Below, in pieces: positions 9,997 through 21,723 of a stretch of DNA of 64,000 nucleotides. This stretch comes from Candidatus Gottesmanbacteria bacterium GW2011_GWA2_43_14. Lineage in GTDB: Bacteria; Patescibacteriota; Microgenomatia; 2-02-FULL-39-11. The stretch spans positions 138,230 to 202,229 of the forward strand of contig LCFP01000001.1 in the NCBI GenBank assembly GCA_000999095.1, read 5' to 3'. The notes beneath the pieces were generated by a model. That model did no database searches. It worked only from the letters and a program-made list of their open reading frames with translations, and was not told where the DNA came from. Position 1 is the stretch's first letter. Every line of letters begins with the position of its first letter. A program made the translations under genes and the position numbers.

Positions 9997-12734
9997 TTTT
10001 TCGGTCTTTTTTTTTCCTTTTGCCCGGAATCGGTTTTTGTCGCCAGTACTAAATAATTCGTTGTGAAATCTTCAATCTTTTTTATGTGTTCCAACTCCGC
10101 GAAAAAAACAGAAGGAATATTATATATAAATAATTGAATTACTTTTACCAACGGAATGAATAATGGAGATTTTTTATACAAAGCTTCGAGAATACCGTGA
10201 CTTCTCCATATCAGTTCTATGATATGCCAGTATAGTCCTCCGCTGTATTCAATTGAGTCAACCGTCAGTTTATTTTCAGGTAAAAATTTAAGGTACCAGA
10301 ATTTAGTAAACCCACCGTAAAAATGGTAAGGAATCTGATGAAGTCCGCTGCCTAAAGGAGAAGTAAGAATCAATTTTCCTCCGGATTTAAGTAATCTGCT
10401 CATTTCCTGTACCGCTTCAATCGGATACGGCACATGTTCTAACACTTCTGTGCATAAAATAACATCAAAACTATTATCAGGTAATGGTATGGATCTGATA
10501 TCGCTGATTACGTCAATTTTTCCGTAATTTAAATTCGGTGTCTGACAAAAATCTTGTGAAGTATAACGGCAATGATTTAAATATGATTTAAAAGGTGCTG
10601 ATCCTGCACCGACGTCTAAAACGGTTGATCCTTTGGGTAATTTCTTTAATTGCTCGATAGTCCAATCATGCCTCGTTTTCCAGGCTAGATTTGAAATTTG
10701 GAATGAATATGATGAATTAAATAATAAAAAAAAATTTCTTATGAGTTTGAATAATAAATTTTTACAGAGAGAAAATATATCAGTTACTTTTTTTGCTTTC
10801 TTCACCATCAGCAGTGCTGAAATTTTGTAAATTTTATTAATTAAATTTTCATCGATAGTTATTCTTTCCAACTTAAGATAATCTTTTATTTTTGACGGTT
10901 GCCATCTTGAGTAAAAACGCTCAGGATTCTCTTTAATTACTTTTTCCCAAATTTTCCATTTATCACCCTGATAAACACTTATACTTCCCGAGGTATTTAT
11001 TGTATCCGACAAAAAAGCAAAAACTTTAAATCCCTCGCTTTTCGCCCGAAAACATAAATCTATATCATCCATGTAATAAGGCGCATATGATTCATCAAGG
11101 TATCCGTATTTCTCCAGAAATGATTTTCTTAAAATCAACGGTCCTCTCATACAAGCATCAGTCTCAAATACCTTATGTTTTAACTCGGGGTCCGTATTTT
11201 CATCCTGTCTCCAGTAGACTTCATGTTCGTTAACGACAATCTGTCCTTTCCCCGTTAAGTTTTTCATGTCTTTAGGATAAAAATTTACACCTGCCAAGGC
11301 TCCTAATATGGCTATCTTCGGAGATTTCTCAAGAATTGAGACAGCTTCAAAAAAAATATTTCTGTCATAAATAAAATTATCATCCTGTAAAATAACGGCA
11401 TACTTTCCTGAAGATTTTTTCAATCCTAAATTATTAGTTTTGGTTTCAAAAATATTCGCTGTGACGTAAAAGGTTACGGGATACTGTTTTTTGTCCTTAT
11501 AAAAATTCCTGACGATATCTTCAGTCTGATCCTGACAGCCGTCAAAATAAATATGCAACTCACAGTTGCCATATTGTATTAATGCGCGATGAAGAAGTTT
11601 AATCAGCGGTTTAATGGTTCTTTCTTTGTTAAATATGGGTAAAATAACGCTGATCTTCGGATATAGATCGTTTTTTACCGCACCAATGACTGCTTCTTTC
11701 AGGGAACTTCTAAAATCAGCATGGAATAAACCGTAATATTCTTTTGTCTTCATTTTCCAGCGGTTGATTTCTCCTTTCGGCAGAGAAAGTGCTTTCAGCA
11801 TAATATTCCTGTTAATTTCAGAGTTAGTGCTTAATTCCAAATTTCCAAAAGGGGCAAAATCAATACCACAATTTCGTGACACTAACGGAATTAAACCGCT
11901 ATCCAAGGCTTCAACAGCTGTTCCTGCCTGGCCTTCTTCAAGAGAAGGAAATATAAAAAAATCACTATTCGCTACTATCCTGCGGTATTTTAAGTTGCCT
12001 GCGTCTACCCAACCGTAATGTTCAGCTTTATTTCCGAGAATCTTAAGGAAACGGTTAAGTTTTTGTTCATAAAATGAATTTGTCGGTAATCCCATTATCT
12101 TAAGATGAAATTTCCGGTCTAAAATCTGCGGTTGGGTAAAAAGAGAATATACAATATCAAATCCTTTCCGTAGACCGATTTCTGAGGTTAAGTAGATAAA
12201 TTCGGGTACACTCTTTTTTTTATTGATAATTTGGGAAATATATTCAGCTCCGTAATTAATCATTTTAATTTTTTGTTTAGGGATCCCGCGCTTTATATAG
12301 GTGTTGTAAGTTCTTATGTTACCCGCACAGATTATATAGTCTGCTGAATTTATTGATTGATCGATAGACAGAAAGTTCATTAAATCCCATCCGGCCAATG
12401 CTTTCAGATTTAAACTTTCTTTCAATAAAAACGATAGCAGTATCCTGTTTCTTTCCGCAGGATGCATATTAACGGCAAATAGAATACTTTTATTAATTTT
12501 GCATACCCTAAGAATTTCATTGAACTTATAATGGGTACCTACGAATAAATCGAATTCTTTTCCCCTGACGGAGTCTATTTCATTTCCATCAATATATGTA
12601 ATTTTTCCAATTTCAGACAAAATGCGGTATAAATTTCTGGCCAGTATTCCGGCTGAGGAATGCCAATACTTTTGTGATGTTGGATTCTTCGAAGGATCGA
12701 AATGAAATTTACTATAAGACAAAAGTATTTTCAT
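9993..12734 (-). CDS. Three-domain fusion: GT4-like + GT2 + class I methyltransferase
   Basis: GT4 motif FPSLEEGQAGTAVEAL; GT2 motifs ISVILPIFN, LQDD, DDIDLCFR; methyltransferase motifs VLDVGAG, EVLEHVP, HQIPYHFY. Confidence 0.85.
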   Translation of the reverse strand: MKILLSYSKFHFDPSKNPTSQKYWHSSAGILARNLYRILSEIGKITYIDGNEIDSVRGKEFDLFVGTHYKFNEILRVCKINKSILFAVNMHPAERNRILLSFLLKESLNLKALAGWDLMNFLSIDQSINSADYIICAGNIRTYNTYIKRGIPKQKIKMINYGAEYISQIINKKKSVPEFIYLTSEIGLRKGFDIVYSLFTQPQILDRKFHLKIMGLPTNSFYEQKLNRFLKILGNKAEHYGWVDAGNLKYRRIVANSDFFIFPSLEEGQAGTAVEALDSGLIPLVSRNCGIDFAPFGNLELSTNSEINRNIMLKALSLPKGEINRWKMKTKEYYGLFHADFRSSLKEAVIGAVKNDLYPKISVILPIFNKERTIKPLIKLLHRALIQYGNCELHIYFDGCQDQTEDIVRNFYKDKKQYPVTFYVTANIFETKTNNLGLKKSSGKYAVILQDDNFIYDRNIFFEAVSILEKSPKIAILGALAGVNFYPKDMKNLTGKGQIVVNEHEVYWRQDENTDPELKHKVFETDACMRGPLILRKSFLEKYGYLDESYAPYYMDDIDLCFRAKSEGFKVFAFLSDTINTSGSISVYQGDKWKIWEKVIKENPERFYSRWQPSKIKDYLKLERITIDENLINKIYKISALLMVKKAKKVTDIFSLCKNLLFKLIRNFFLLFNSSYSFQISNLAWKTRHDWTIEQLKKLPKGSTVLDVGAGSAPFKSYLNHCRYTSQDFCQTPNLNYGKIDVISDIRSIPLPDNSFDVILCTEVLEHVPYPIEAVQEMSRLLKSGGKLILTSPLGSGLHQIPYHFYGGFTKFWYLKFLPENKLTVDSIEYSGGLYWHIIELIWRSHGILEALYKKSPLFIPLVKVIQLFIYNIPSVFFAELEHIKKIEDFTTNYLVLATKTDSGQKEKKRPKK

Positions 12735-13960
12735 TTACGAATTCTCCACAGACTAGGAATAAGAAGATGGGCGGGAAAATTGGCAAAAGACTTATGTGAA
12801 GCAAAAGCAGGGGCACTGACAACTGTTAAATCTCCCATTTCAAAACCGTCAGTCACCAGATTTCCGTCAAGCCAGATCTGTGTTTCCAGAGTGTATTTTC
12901 CGGGAGATACATGAGGTAAATGAAACCGGAGGGAAATGCTTCCTTTTTTTTCTGTCATGTGCCGGACGTTCTCCAAGTGGTTATGCGAATAATACATTAA
13001 GGTATAATCCTCTTTTTTCCTCAGGGCAAACGAAAGACAGAGGTCATAGGACTTGTTGCCCGAGCCTTTGTATTCGGCCGTGATTTCCATCTGGCTTTCA
13101 GGAAACACCTCCGGTTCATCCTTGACGGAAATACCATTGACCCTGAAATTTATAAATTCAAGATTATATCTATTCAGTCTGATCGAAGCCGAAGATGTCT
13201 GTCTGGACTGCTGATAGGTATTTATAAGTTCATCGATGGCAGTCAGTTTACTGCTGCGGCCGTCTTTAATAATGATTCCCTTTAGGCATAATTTCTTAAC
13301 CATGCCCAAATTATGGCTGACAAACAGGATTGTCCTGCCTGATTGTGAGATATTTTCCATCTTGCCCAATGATTTCTGCTGAAAAGCCGTGTCCCCGACT
13401 GAAAGCACTTCATCGATCAGGAGTATTTCGGCCTCCAAATGGGCAGCCACAGCAAATGCCAATCTCATATGCATGCCTGAAGAATACCGTTTAACCGGTG
13501 TATCCAGAAACCGCTCTATTTCGGCAAAATCCACAATATCATCAAACTTTTTTCTGACTTCCACTCGTGACATACCCAAAATCGCTCCGTTTAAAAAGAT
13601 GTTCTCCCGACCGGTAAGTTCCGGATGGAATCCAGTACCGACTTCCAATAGGCTGGCAACCCTGCCTCTTAATACAGCTTTTCCCTCTGTGGGAGGTGTT
13701 ATTCTGGATAACACTTTAAGAAGAGTAGTTTTCCCGGCGCCGTTTCTGCCGATAATACCGACAATTTCCCCTTCCTTAACATTCAGGTCGATATCCTTCA
13801 AAGCCCAAAATTGTCCCATATCGGTCTTTTTATTGCCGGCGAGGACTTTAACGGGATCTGTAATCCAATTTGTTAATGAATCCCGGAGGGAATAATACGG
13901 TTGGCTGACCCCGTATTTATATTTTTTTGAGAGCTTGTTAATCTCAATGATCGGCTTCAT
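12731..13960 (-). CDS. wzt: Polysaccharide ABC exporter ATPase with C-terminal Wzt_C-like domain
   Basis: GRNGAGKTT Walker A, GTGFHPELTGREN, YSSGMHMRLAFAVA, IDEVLSVGD, plus a beta-rich C-terminal extension. Confidence 0.92.
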   Translation of the reverse strand: MKPIIEINKLSKKYKYGVSQPYYSLRDSLTNWITDPVKVLAGNKKTDMGQFWALKDIDLNVKEGEIVGIIGRNGAGKTTLLKVLSRITPPTEGKAVLRGRVASLLEVGTGFHPELTGRENIFLNGAILGMSRVEVRKKFDDIVDFAEIERFLDTPVKRYSSGMHMRLAFAVAAHLEAEILLIDEVLSVGDTAFQQKSLGKMENISQSGRTILFVSHNLGMVKKLCLKGIIIKDGRSSKLTAIDELINTYQQSRQTSSASIRLNRYNLEFINFRVNGISVKDEPEVFPESQMEITAEYKGSGNKSYDLCLSFALRKKEDYTLMYYSHNHLENVRHMTEKKGSISLRFHLPHVSPGKYTLETQIWLDGNLVTDGFEMGDLTVVSAPAFASHKSFANFPAHLLIPSLWRIRK

Positions 13961-13961
13961 A

Positions 13962-14789
13962 TCAGACTATGTCCGCGAAAAACTTTTCGGTTTTGGAGAA
14001 ATAGACGAATCCGGCTATGAGTATTAATAGAGAACTTACGGCAGAGACGGTTAATAGAAAAAAATCGGGGGTAGTACCGGAAAAAATTCCCCGTGACGCT
14101 TCAACTGCCCCCGACATCGGATTAAAAGCCATATAGATTTTATGTGACGGAGATAGAATGGAAAGCGGATAGATGACCGGAGTAATAAACAGCAGGATTT
14201 GGATAAAAAAAGGAAGGATATAGCGGACGTCCCTGTATTTGACGTTGACTGAGGCCAAAAACAGACCGATACCGGATGAGGAAAATATCGTTACCAATAT
14301 GGAAAACGGCAGCAGATAAATAATTCTGAGATTAGGCGAATGGCCGGTAACGACTGCAAAGATAAAAAGAATAAACAGGTTGATTAAAAAGTCGATAAAA
14401 CCGGTCAGCAAAGAAGACAAAGGTAAAATAATTTTTGGAAAATAAACTTTTTTGATAATGCTTTCATTTTCAATCATGCTGTTGGCTGCATGGGAAACAG
14501 AGTTGGAAAAATAGTTCCAAAAAACCAGGCCGGTTAGAACGAAAAGCGGATACGGCAGGTCCCCTGATGGAATTTTGGCAAAATTTCCGAAAAAGACGGT
14601 AAAGATAATTGTTGTTACCAATGGCTGGAATATTACCCAAAATATTCCCAAAAATGTCTGCTTGTACCTTACTTTTATATCCCGCCAGGAAAATATGTAA
14701 AACAATTCCCTGAAACGGACAATCTCGGCCAAATGAAAAACTCCGAATGATTTCGGGGAAATGACTGTTTCTCTTGACGATACTCTCAT
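13962..14789 (-). CDS. wzm: Polysaccharide ABC exporter permease
   Basis: RDIKVRYKQTFLG..W, KKVYFP, YRDVRY, TPVIYP, FADIV; adjacent to wzt. Confidence 0.92.
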   Translation of the reverse strand: MRVSSRETVISPKSFGVFHLAEIVRFRELFYIFSWRDIKVRYKQTFLGIFWVIFQPLVTTIIFTVFFGNFAKIPSGDLPYPLFVLTGLVFWNYFSNSVSHAANSMIENESIIKKVYFPKIILPLSSLLTGFIDFLINLFILFIFAVVTGHSPNLRIIYLLPFSILVTIFSSSGIGLFLASVNVKYRDVRYILPFFIQILLFITPVIYPLSILSPSHKIYMAFNPMSGAVEASRGIFSGTTPDFFLLTVSAVSSLLILIAGFVYFSKTEKFFADIV

Positions 14790-14810
14790 TTTATTTGCGG
14801 AAATACCGTA

Positions 14811-14816
14811 ATTATA
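14811..14816 (-). promoter_or_regulatory. Putative -10 box (TATAAT) upstream of wzm
   Basis: Perfect TATAAT on the minus strand in a 46-bp intergenic gap, 21 nt before the ATG. Confidence 0.5.
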
Positions 14817-14835
14817 CCTGAAGTGAGCTTGCGAA

Positions 14836-16939
<2,104 letters not shown>

Positions 16940-16941
16940 TC

Positions 16942-16947
16942 AGTATA
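16942..16947 (-). promoter_or_regulatory. Putative -10 box (TATACT), near-leaderless, upstream of fcl
   Basis: TATACT, 8 nt, then ATG, in a 25-bp gap. Confidence 0.45.
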
Positions 16948-16958
16948 TCCATATAGTC

Positions 16959-17741
16959 TTATTTAATCAATAATTTACGATAGATAAGTTTTGCTATAGT
17001 TGCATGCCATTTATGCAGACAATGAATAATTATTGAATTGCTGTGTTTTTTGGCCAACATATATTCTTCCTCAAACTGGTTTTCGGGAGACTTTACCGTT
17101 TTGGAAGACGGATGGACACGGTAGCATGCCAGGTAGTCATCCAGAAAATAAAGGGGGTATTTTTGCCAGATTCTCAACCAGTAATCGTAATCCATGCTGT
17201 AATGTAAATCAGTATCAAGTAATCCGACTGATTTAAAAATATCCCGTCTCCAGAAAGTTGCTGGCTGGGAGATAAAATTGATTATCTCCAGAGTCTGTAT
17301 CAAACGGAAATGTTTAAGCAGCATGTTTTTATAGGCAGTGATTGCTTTCCTTACTTCCCTGTTATTTAAATCAACAATCCGGCATTTTCCGGTGACCCAT
17401 AACGCCCGGGGATAACGGTGGAAAAAATCCGACACTTTTTTCAGGGAACCGGGCAGTAGATAATCATCGGAATTGATAAAACCGATAATTTCTCCCGTCG
17501 ATTTTCTGAAACCGCGGTTTAAAGCATCAGACTGCCCTTTATCCTTGCCGGAAGTCCAGTCAATTTGCCTGGTGTATTTTTTTAAAAGATGGGTCGTCCC
17601 GTCCTTCGAACCGCCGTCCATGACGATATATTCCAAATTAGGATATTTTTGCCCGAGAACCGACTTGATGGTTTGCTCTATAAACTGCCCCTGGTTAAAA
17701 GAGGGTGTAACAAGACTAATTTTTAGATTTCTTCCGGCCAT
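16959..17741 (-). CDS. GT2 glycosyltransferase, WcaE/WfgS-like (ORF track start 17801)
   Basis: ISLVTPSFNQ, DGGSKDG, DKGQSDALNRG, INSDD, SQPATFWR, MDYDYWLR. Confidence 0.9.
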   Translation of the reverse strand: MAGRNLKISLVTPSFNQGQFIEQTIKSVLGQKYPNLEYIVMDGGSKDGTTHLLKKYTRQIDWTSGKDKGQSDALNRGFRKSTGEIIGFINSDDYLLPGSLKKVSDFFHRYPRALWVTGKCRIVDLNNREVRKAITAYKNMLLKHFRLIQTLEIINFISQPATFWRRDIFKSVGLLDTDLHYSMDYDYWLRIWQKYPLYFLDDYLACYRVHPSSKTVKSPENQFEEEYMLAKKHSNSIIIHCLHKWHATIAKLIYRKLLIK

Positions 17742-18069
17742 TTTTTTTATTACTATCAAGAGCCAGTTTCCTGACCAGATCGGTAATTTCCTGCCTGACA
17801 TTTTCCAGATAAACGTACAGCCGGAAAACCAGGTAAAAGAGAACGGCTATGGAAATGTAAATAACCGCATCGACTCCGCGTCCGATTCCCAACAATTGGG
17901 CGATTCTGCTGGCCTGGTCGGGAAAAGCTGTCAGGTATACGGCTGCCGCAAACAGAAAACTCCAGAAAAGGAAACTTAACAATGACAGATTGCCGCTTTT
18001 ATACTGCAGGGTGACCCGGCTTAAGGCAAAAAGTAAAAAAACAATCAGCAGAATCTGGGTAAGGCTCAT
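17716..18069 (-). CDS. DUF2304-family small membrane protein (ORF track start 18117)
   Basis: Three hydrophobic segments, LGIGRGVD motif, C-terminal EITDLVRKLAL helix; directly follows a GT2 gene. Confidence 0.8.
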   Translation of the reverse strand: MSLTQILLIVFLLFALSRVTLQYKSGNLSLLSFLFWSFLFAAAVYLTAFPDQASRIAQLLGIGRGVDAVIYISIAVLFYLVFRLYVYLENVRQEITDLVRKLALDSNKKNGRKKSKN

Positions 18070-18070
18070 T

Positions 18071-18751
18071 TTATTTAAACAAACGCACCAGTAATTGTAA
18101 TATGATTTTCGGCGCATTGGTAATTCTCTGCCCTTTGGCCTTTGAATATTCCGTATAAATCACGCGGATGGGAATCTCCGCATAACTTAAACGGTTCTTG
18201 GCAATTTCCCGGAAAACCTCGCTTGAGACTTCCATGCCATCCGCTTGCAGCCTTACACGATCAAGCGCCTTTGGCCCGAATGCGCGGTAGCCCGACTGTG
18301 AATCGCTGGTATTTATGCCGTAAAAAAAGTAAGTCAGCAAATTAGCCAGTTTGTTTACAATTATACGTGTCCGAGGGGCTGATCCGGCCTTAAGCCAGCG
18401 GGATCCGACAACGACGTCCTTATGGCTGTCTATAACTTTTTTGATAAACAAAGGAATGCTGCCGGGTTCGTGCTGTCCGTCGGCATCTATGGTTATTAAT
18501 ATCTGGTAACCTTCCCTTCTGGCAAAATCCATGGCTGTTTTTATGGCGCCTCCCAATCCCCTGTTTATAATATGCCTGACTACAATTGCTCCGTGCTTTT
18601 GAGCTTTTTCAAAAGTCCTGTCAGTTGAACCGTCATCAACTACCAGAATATCCCTTTTCTTTATGCCGGCAATTTTTCCGGGGATGCTTTTTATCACCTG
18701 GGCAATCATCTTTTCTTCATTAAAGGCAGGGATGGCTACTAGAAGTTTCAT
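18071..18751 (-). CDS. Polyprenyl-phosphate-sugar synthase (DPM1-like GT2)
   Basis: IPAFNEE, VDDGSTD, NRGLG, IDADGQH, VVGSR, DSQSGYRA. Confidence 0.88.
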   Translation of the reverse strand: MKLLVAIPAFNEEKMIAQVIKSIPGKIAGIKKRDILVVDDGSTDRTFEKAQKHGAIVVRHIINRGLGGAIKTAMDFARREGYQILITIDADGQHEPGSIPLFIKKVIDSHKDVVVGSRWLKAGSAPRTRIIVNKLANLLTYFFYGINTSDSQSGYRAFGPKALDRVRLQADGMEVSSEVFREIAKNRLSYAEIPIRVIYTEYSKAKGQRITNAPKIILQLLVRLFK

Positions 18752-18757
18752 GACGGT

Positions 18758-18763
18758 ATTTTA
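18758..18763 (-). promoter_or_regulatory. Putative leaderless -10 box (TAAAAT)
   Basis: TAAAAT-ACCGTC-ATG; the box overlaps the upstream TAA stop. Confidence 0.4.
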
Positions 18764-19891
18764 GGCTACCCAATGGCCGGAAGTAAACAGCATGGTTAAA
18801 ACAAGCTGCAACAGAAGCGAAATGAAAAGCACCAGGCTTCTGATTTTAAGATTGCGGATGGATGCAAGTACCAGAAAAATCGGTAATGCCACAAGAACAT
18901 ATCTCGGCATACTGGAAAAGGTCCCGGTCAGAGTCGGCAATATAATGGCCGGCCAGGCGAATATCAGCCATGACAGGTAAATTTTCTGCCTGCGGGCGAC
19001 TAACAGTAAAAAGATAGTAAAAAGTGTCAGATAAAATTCCAGAAAGGTAATCCAAAAGACTTCCTGTGAGACGGGGATATCGGCAAACATTTTGATATAA
19101 CGGTAAACGACCTGGGGCATGAAAATCAGCGAACTGCCGCTCCGGGCAGCTCCGAAAACAGGCTGGGCATGCCAGAAGTAAAGGGCATCTGAAAAATAAT
19201 AATAAAGATATGACATATAGGCAATTAGTCCCAGAGGGGCCAGGTAAAGCACCGGAGACTTTAAAAAATGCAGGAGAGTTGATTTTTTCTTTCCGTCCAT
19301 GTATTGCCAGAGAAGTGCCGGCAAAAGAAAAATGCCGATAAGTCTGGTGCCCGAGGCCGCAGCTCCCGCAAGTGAAGCCAGAAACCATTTTTTCTTTTTG
19401 GCCAGCCAGAACGACAACAGTAATAAAAACAGAAACAGGCTTTCCGTATAAAGGCTGCCGAAATAATAAGAGGTCGGGAAAAAAACAAGGAAGGCCAGTA
19501 TCCATTTAAGCCTGTTTTCCTGGATATCAGGCCTGAGGATCGCAGATAAAAGAAATAAAGACGCCAGAAACAGAACATTTGACAAGAGAAGACCGCTAAC
19601 TAAAGGATGAAATACAGGCAGCAGGCGGTAGAAATATTTTAATATGGCGGGAAAAAGAGGAAAATAAACCTGGGTATACTGCGCCTGGTATCCCCGGCTG
19701 GCGATAGTCAGATAATGCACACCGTCAAAATTGGCAAAACCCCAAATCCAGCGGGGTAAATTGGAAGGTATTAAAAACAGGTCGGCATAAGGAAAACGCG
19801 GGGTAAAGGGCATGATTTTTTCCGCCAAATAGGCGGCGGCAAAAAGGAGTATCCGCCAGCTGAAGAAAAGTCCCGCTATAAAAACTGTCAT
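18761..19891 (-). CDS. PIG-V-like (Mannosyl_trans2) GT-C mannosyltransferase
   Basis: NFDGVHYLTIASRGY..FPLFP, YTESLF, TRLIG and SMPRY motifs; polytopic. Confidence 0.8.
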   Translation of the reverse strand: MTVFIAGLFFSWRILLFAAAYLAEKIMPFTPRFPYADLFLIPSNLPRWIWGFANFDGVHYLTIASRGYQAQYTQVYFPLFPAILKYFYRLLPVFHPLVSGLLLSNVLFLASLFLLSAILRPDIQENRLKWILAFLVFFPTSYYFGSLYTESLFLFLLLLSFWLAKKKKWFLASLAGAAASGTRLIGIFLLPALLWQYMDGKKKSTLLHFLKSPVLYLAPLGLIAYMSYLYYYFSDALYFWHAQPVFGAARSGSSLIFMPQVVYRYIKMFADIPVSQEVFWITFLEFYLTLFTIFLLLVARRQKIYLSWLIFAWPAIILPTLTGTFSSMPRYVLVALPIFLVLASIRNLKIRSLVLFISLLLQLVLTMLFTSGHWVA

Positions 19892-20925
19892 ATTGCCAAT
19901 ACCCCGCGGTAAACTTCCAGGGTCTGTCTGGCGGTTTCTGGCCAGCTGAATTTCTTTGACTGCATTTTCCCTTTTTTTATAAATTTCTCCCTCAGTTTGG
20001 CATCAGTCAGAAACTGTTTTATCTTTCCGGCCAAATCCTGCGGATCGCGATAATCGGCATATAGCGCTGCTTGGCCGGCTACTTCCTCTAAACTGCCCCT
20101 TGCGGTTACAACGGCCGGGCAACCTGAAGCCATTGCCTCCAAGACAGGCAAACCGAATCCCTCGTCAATTGAAGGCTGGATATAAACACCGGCTTGGCTG
20201 TAAAGTCCGGCTAAATCTAGCTCGGATAGACTTCCGGGAAAAAACAGCTTATCCCTGATATTTAACTCATTAACCAGTGCCGAAATTTGCTCTAACGGCT
20301 CTGAGGGATCCTTAAATCCTTTTCCGGCAAGCACCAGCCTCAGTTTGGGAAATTCCCGGGAAAGAACGTCAAAACTCCGGAGCAGGACCGGAATATTTTT
20401 ATTGAAATTAACGTCACCAACATACAATAAATAATCATCCGGCAAACGCAGCTTTTCTTTTATTTCTAGGGTTTCTTTTGCCTTTAAACTGCCGAAGATT
20501 GAATCGGGAGCCAGCGGTATGACTTTTATTTTTTCTGTTCTTATGCCGGTTATTGCGGAGATGTCGGCTGCCGAACTTTCTGAATCGGTGATGATTTTCT
20601 CCGATTTTTTAAGTTGGCGCTTTTGCCACAACCATTTAATACTGCCCCGAAATCCCGTCGGATTTTCCCTGGGGTACTTAAGCGGGATCAAATCATGCAC
20701 CGTCACAATCTTTTTTTCCCCGGATACTAAAGGCATGGTCAGGAAAAAGGGATCGAAATAGGGAAAGTGGACAAGGTCATAACCCTCTAAATTAGCTCCC
20801 CAACTGACGATTTCAACAACAGGATCCCTGACTGAAACCAAAAGACGTGACAAATGACTGAAGTAAATTCCGCTGCCGCGAAGATTATGTCCTTTGATAG
20901 GAGGAGTGACCAGTGCCGCTTTCAT
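19888..20925 (-). CDS. GT4 glycosyltransferase (MtfB/WbdB-like mannosyltransferase group)
   Basis: TVHDLIP, YVGD..FNKN, EGFGLPVLEAMASGCP, FSWPETA. Confidence 0.9.
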   Translation of the reverse strand: MKAALVTPPIKGHNLRGSGIYFSHLSRLLVSVRDPVVEIVSWGANLEGYDLVHFPYFDPFFLTMPLVSGEKKIVTVHDLIPLKYPRENPTGFRGSIKWLWQKRQLKKSEKIITDSESSAADISAITGIRTEKIKVIPLAPDSIFGSLKAKETLEIKEKLRLPDDYLLYVGDVNFNKNIPVLLRSFDVLSREFPKLRLVLAGKGFKDPSEPLEQISALVNELNIRDKLFFPGSLSELDLAGLYSQAGVYIQPSIDEGFGLPVLEAMASGCPAVVTARGSLEEVAGQAALYADYRDPQDLAGKIKQFLTDAKLREKFIKKGKMQSKKFSWPETARQTLEVYRGVLAI

Positions 20926-20937
20926 AGCTTAGAATAT

Positions 20938-21723
20938 TTACGCTTCCGCCCGGTTTTTCTTCTCCCAATATTTGATATAGGCTGCCGTAAATCTCAGGGA
21001 GGAAAAAAGGGAAAAAGCAAAACCGGGCATTCCGTCCCGGAAACCCTTGTGCCGGAAATATGTTTTTATAAACCACCATTTCGGTTTAATGATCAAATAG
21101 TTAATTGCCGACAGCAAGTTCAGCGGAAGTTTTTGTTCAGCCAATTCCGAAGCCAGGATATCCGTATAAAGGTTGAAATGCTCCAAGTAATGGGAAAAGT
21201 CCGGATAGGAATAATGCAGCAGGTCGTTTTTAAGACGGCCAGTTTGCCCGGTCACCTCAGCCTGTTCATGAACGCTTTTGGCGGGCAGTCGGCCTTTGCC
21301 CCGGCGGTACAACCTCAGAGTATAGTCCGGGTATTGTCCGCCTTTCTTGAGAAACCTGCCTAAAAAATAATTTCTGCGCGGAATCCAATATCCGTCAAAT
21401 GCCTGCTTTGAACTGATGGCCAGTTTTATTTCTTCTTTCAGGGCCTCACTTAGTCTTTCATCGGCATCAAGCTGGAGAATCCAATTGCCGCCGGCTGAAT
21501 CAATGGCCAGCTGTTTATTGACATGGAAATTGGCCTGATTCTTTCTGATCAGTACTTTGGCACCGTACTGCCGGAGGATATCGGCGGTGGCGTCATTTGA
21601 AGTGCCGTCGACGGCAACTATTTCGTCGGCCAGGCCTTTGACACTTTCAAGGCAGCGTCCGATGTTCATCTCCTCATTGTACGTGGCCAAAACAACAGAC
21701 AGATTAAGTTTGTTTTTTTCCAT
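20938..21723 (-). CDS. GT2 beta-1,4-glucosyltransferase-like (WaaE/KdtX group)
   Basis: TYNEE, LDADE, YPDYTLRLY, VHE, GFRDGMPG. Confidence 0.85.
   Translation of the reverse strand: MEKNKLNLSVVLATYNEEMNIGRCLESVKGLADEIVAVDGTSNDATADILRQYGAKVLIRKNQANFHVNKQLAIDSAGGNWILQLDADERLSEALKEEIKLAISSKQAFDGYWIPRRNYFLGRFLKKGGQYPDYTLRLYRRGKGRLPAKSVHEQAEVTGQTGRLKNDLLHYSYPDFSHYLEHFNLYTDILASELAEQKLPLNLLSAINYLIIKPKWWFIKTYFRHKGFRDGMPGFAFSLFSSLRFTAAYIKYWEKKNRAEA

Noticed and set aside
10726-10734. A9 tract in the fusion-protein linker as a phase-variation switch
   Set aside because: Runs of 8-9 A/T also occur at about 1928, 6558, 36818 and 57147 in Lys/Phe-rich codons, all in intact frames; not distinctive.
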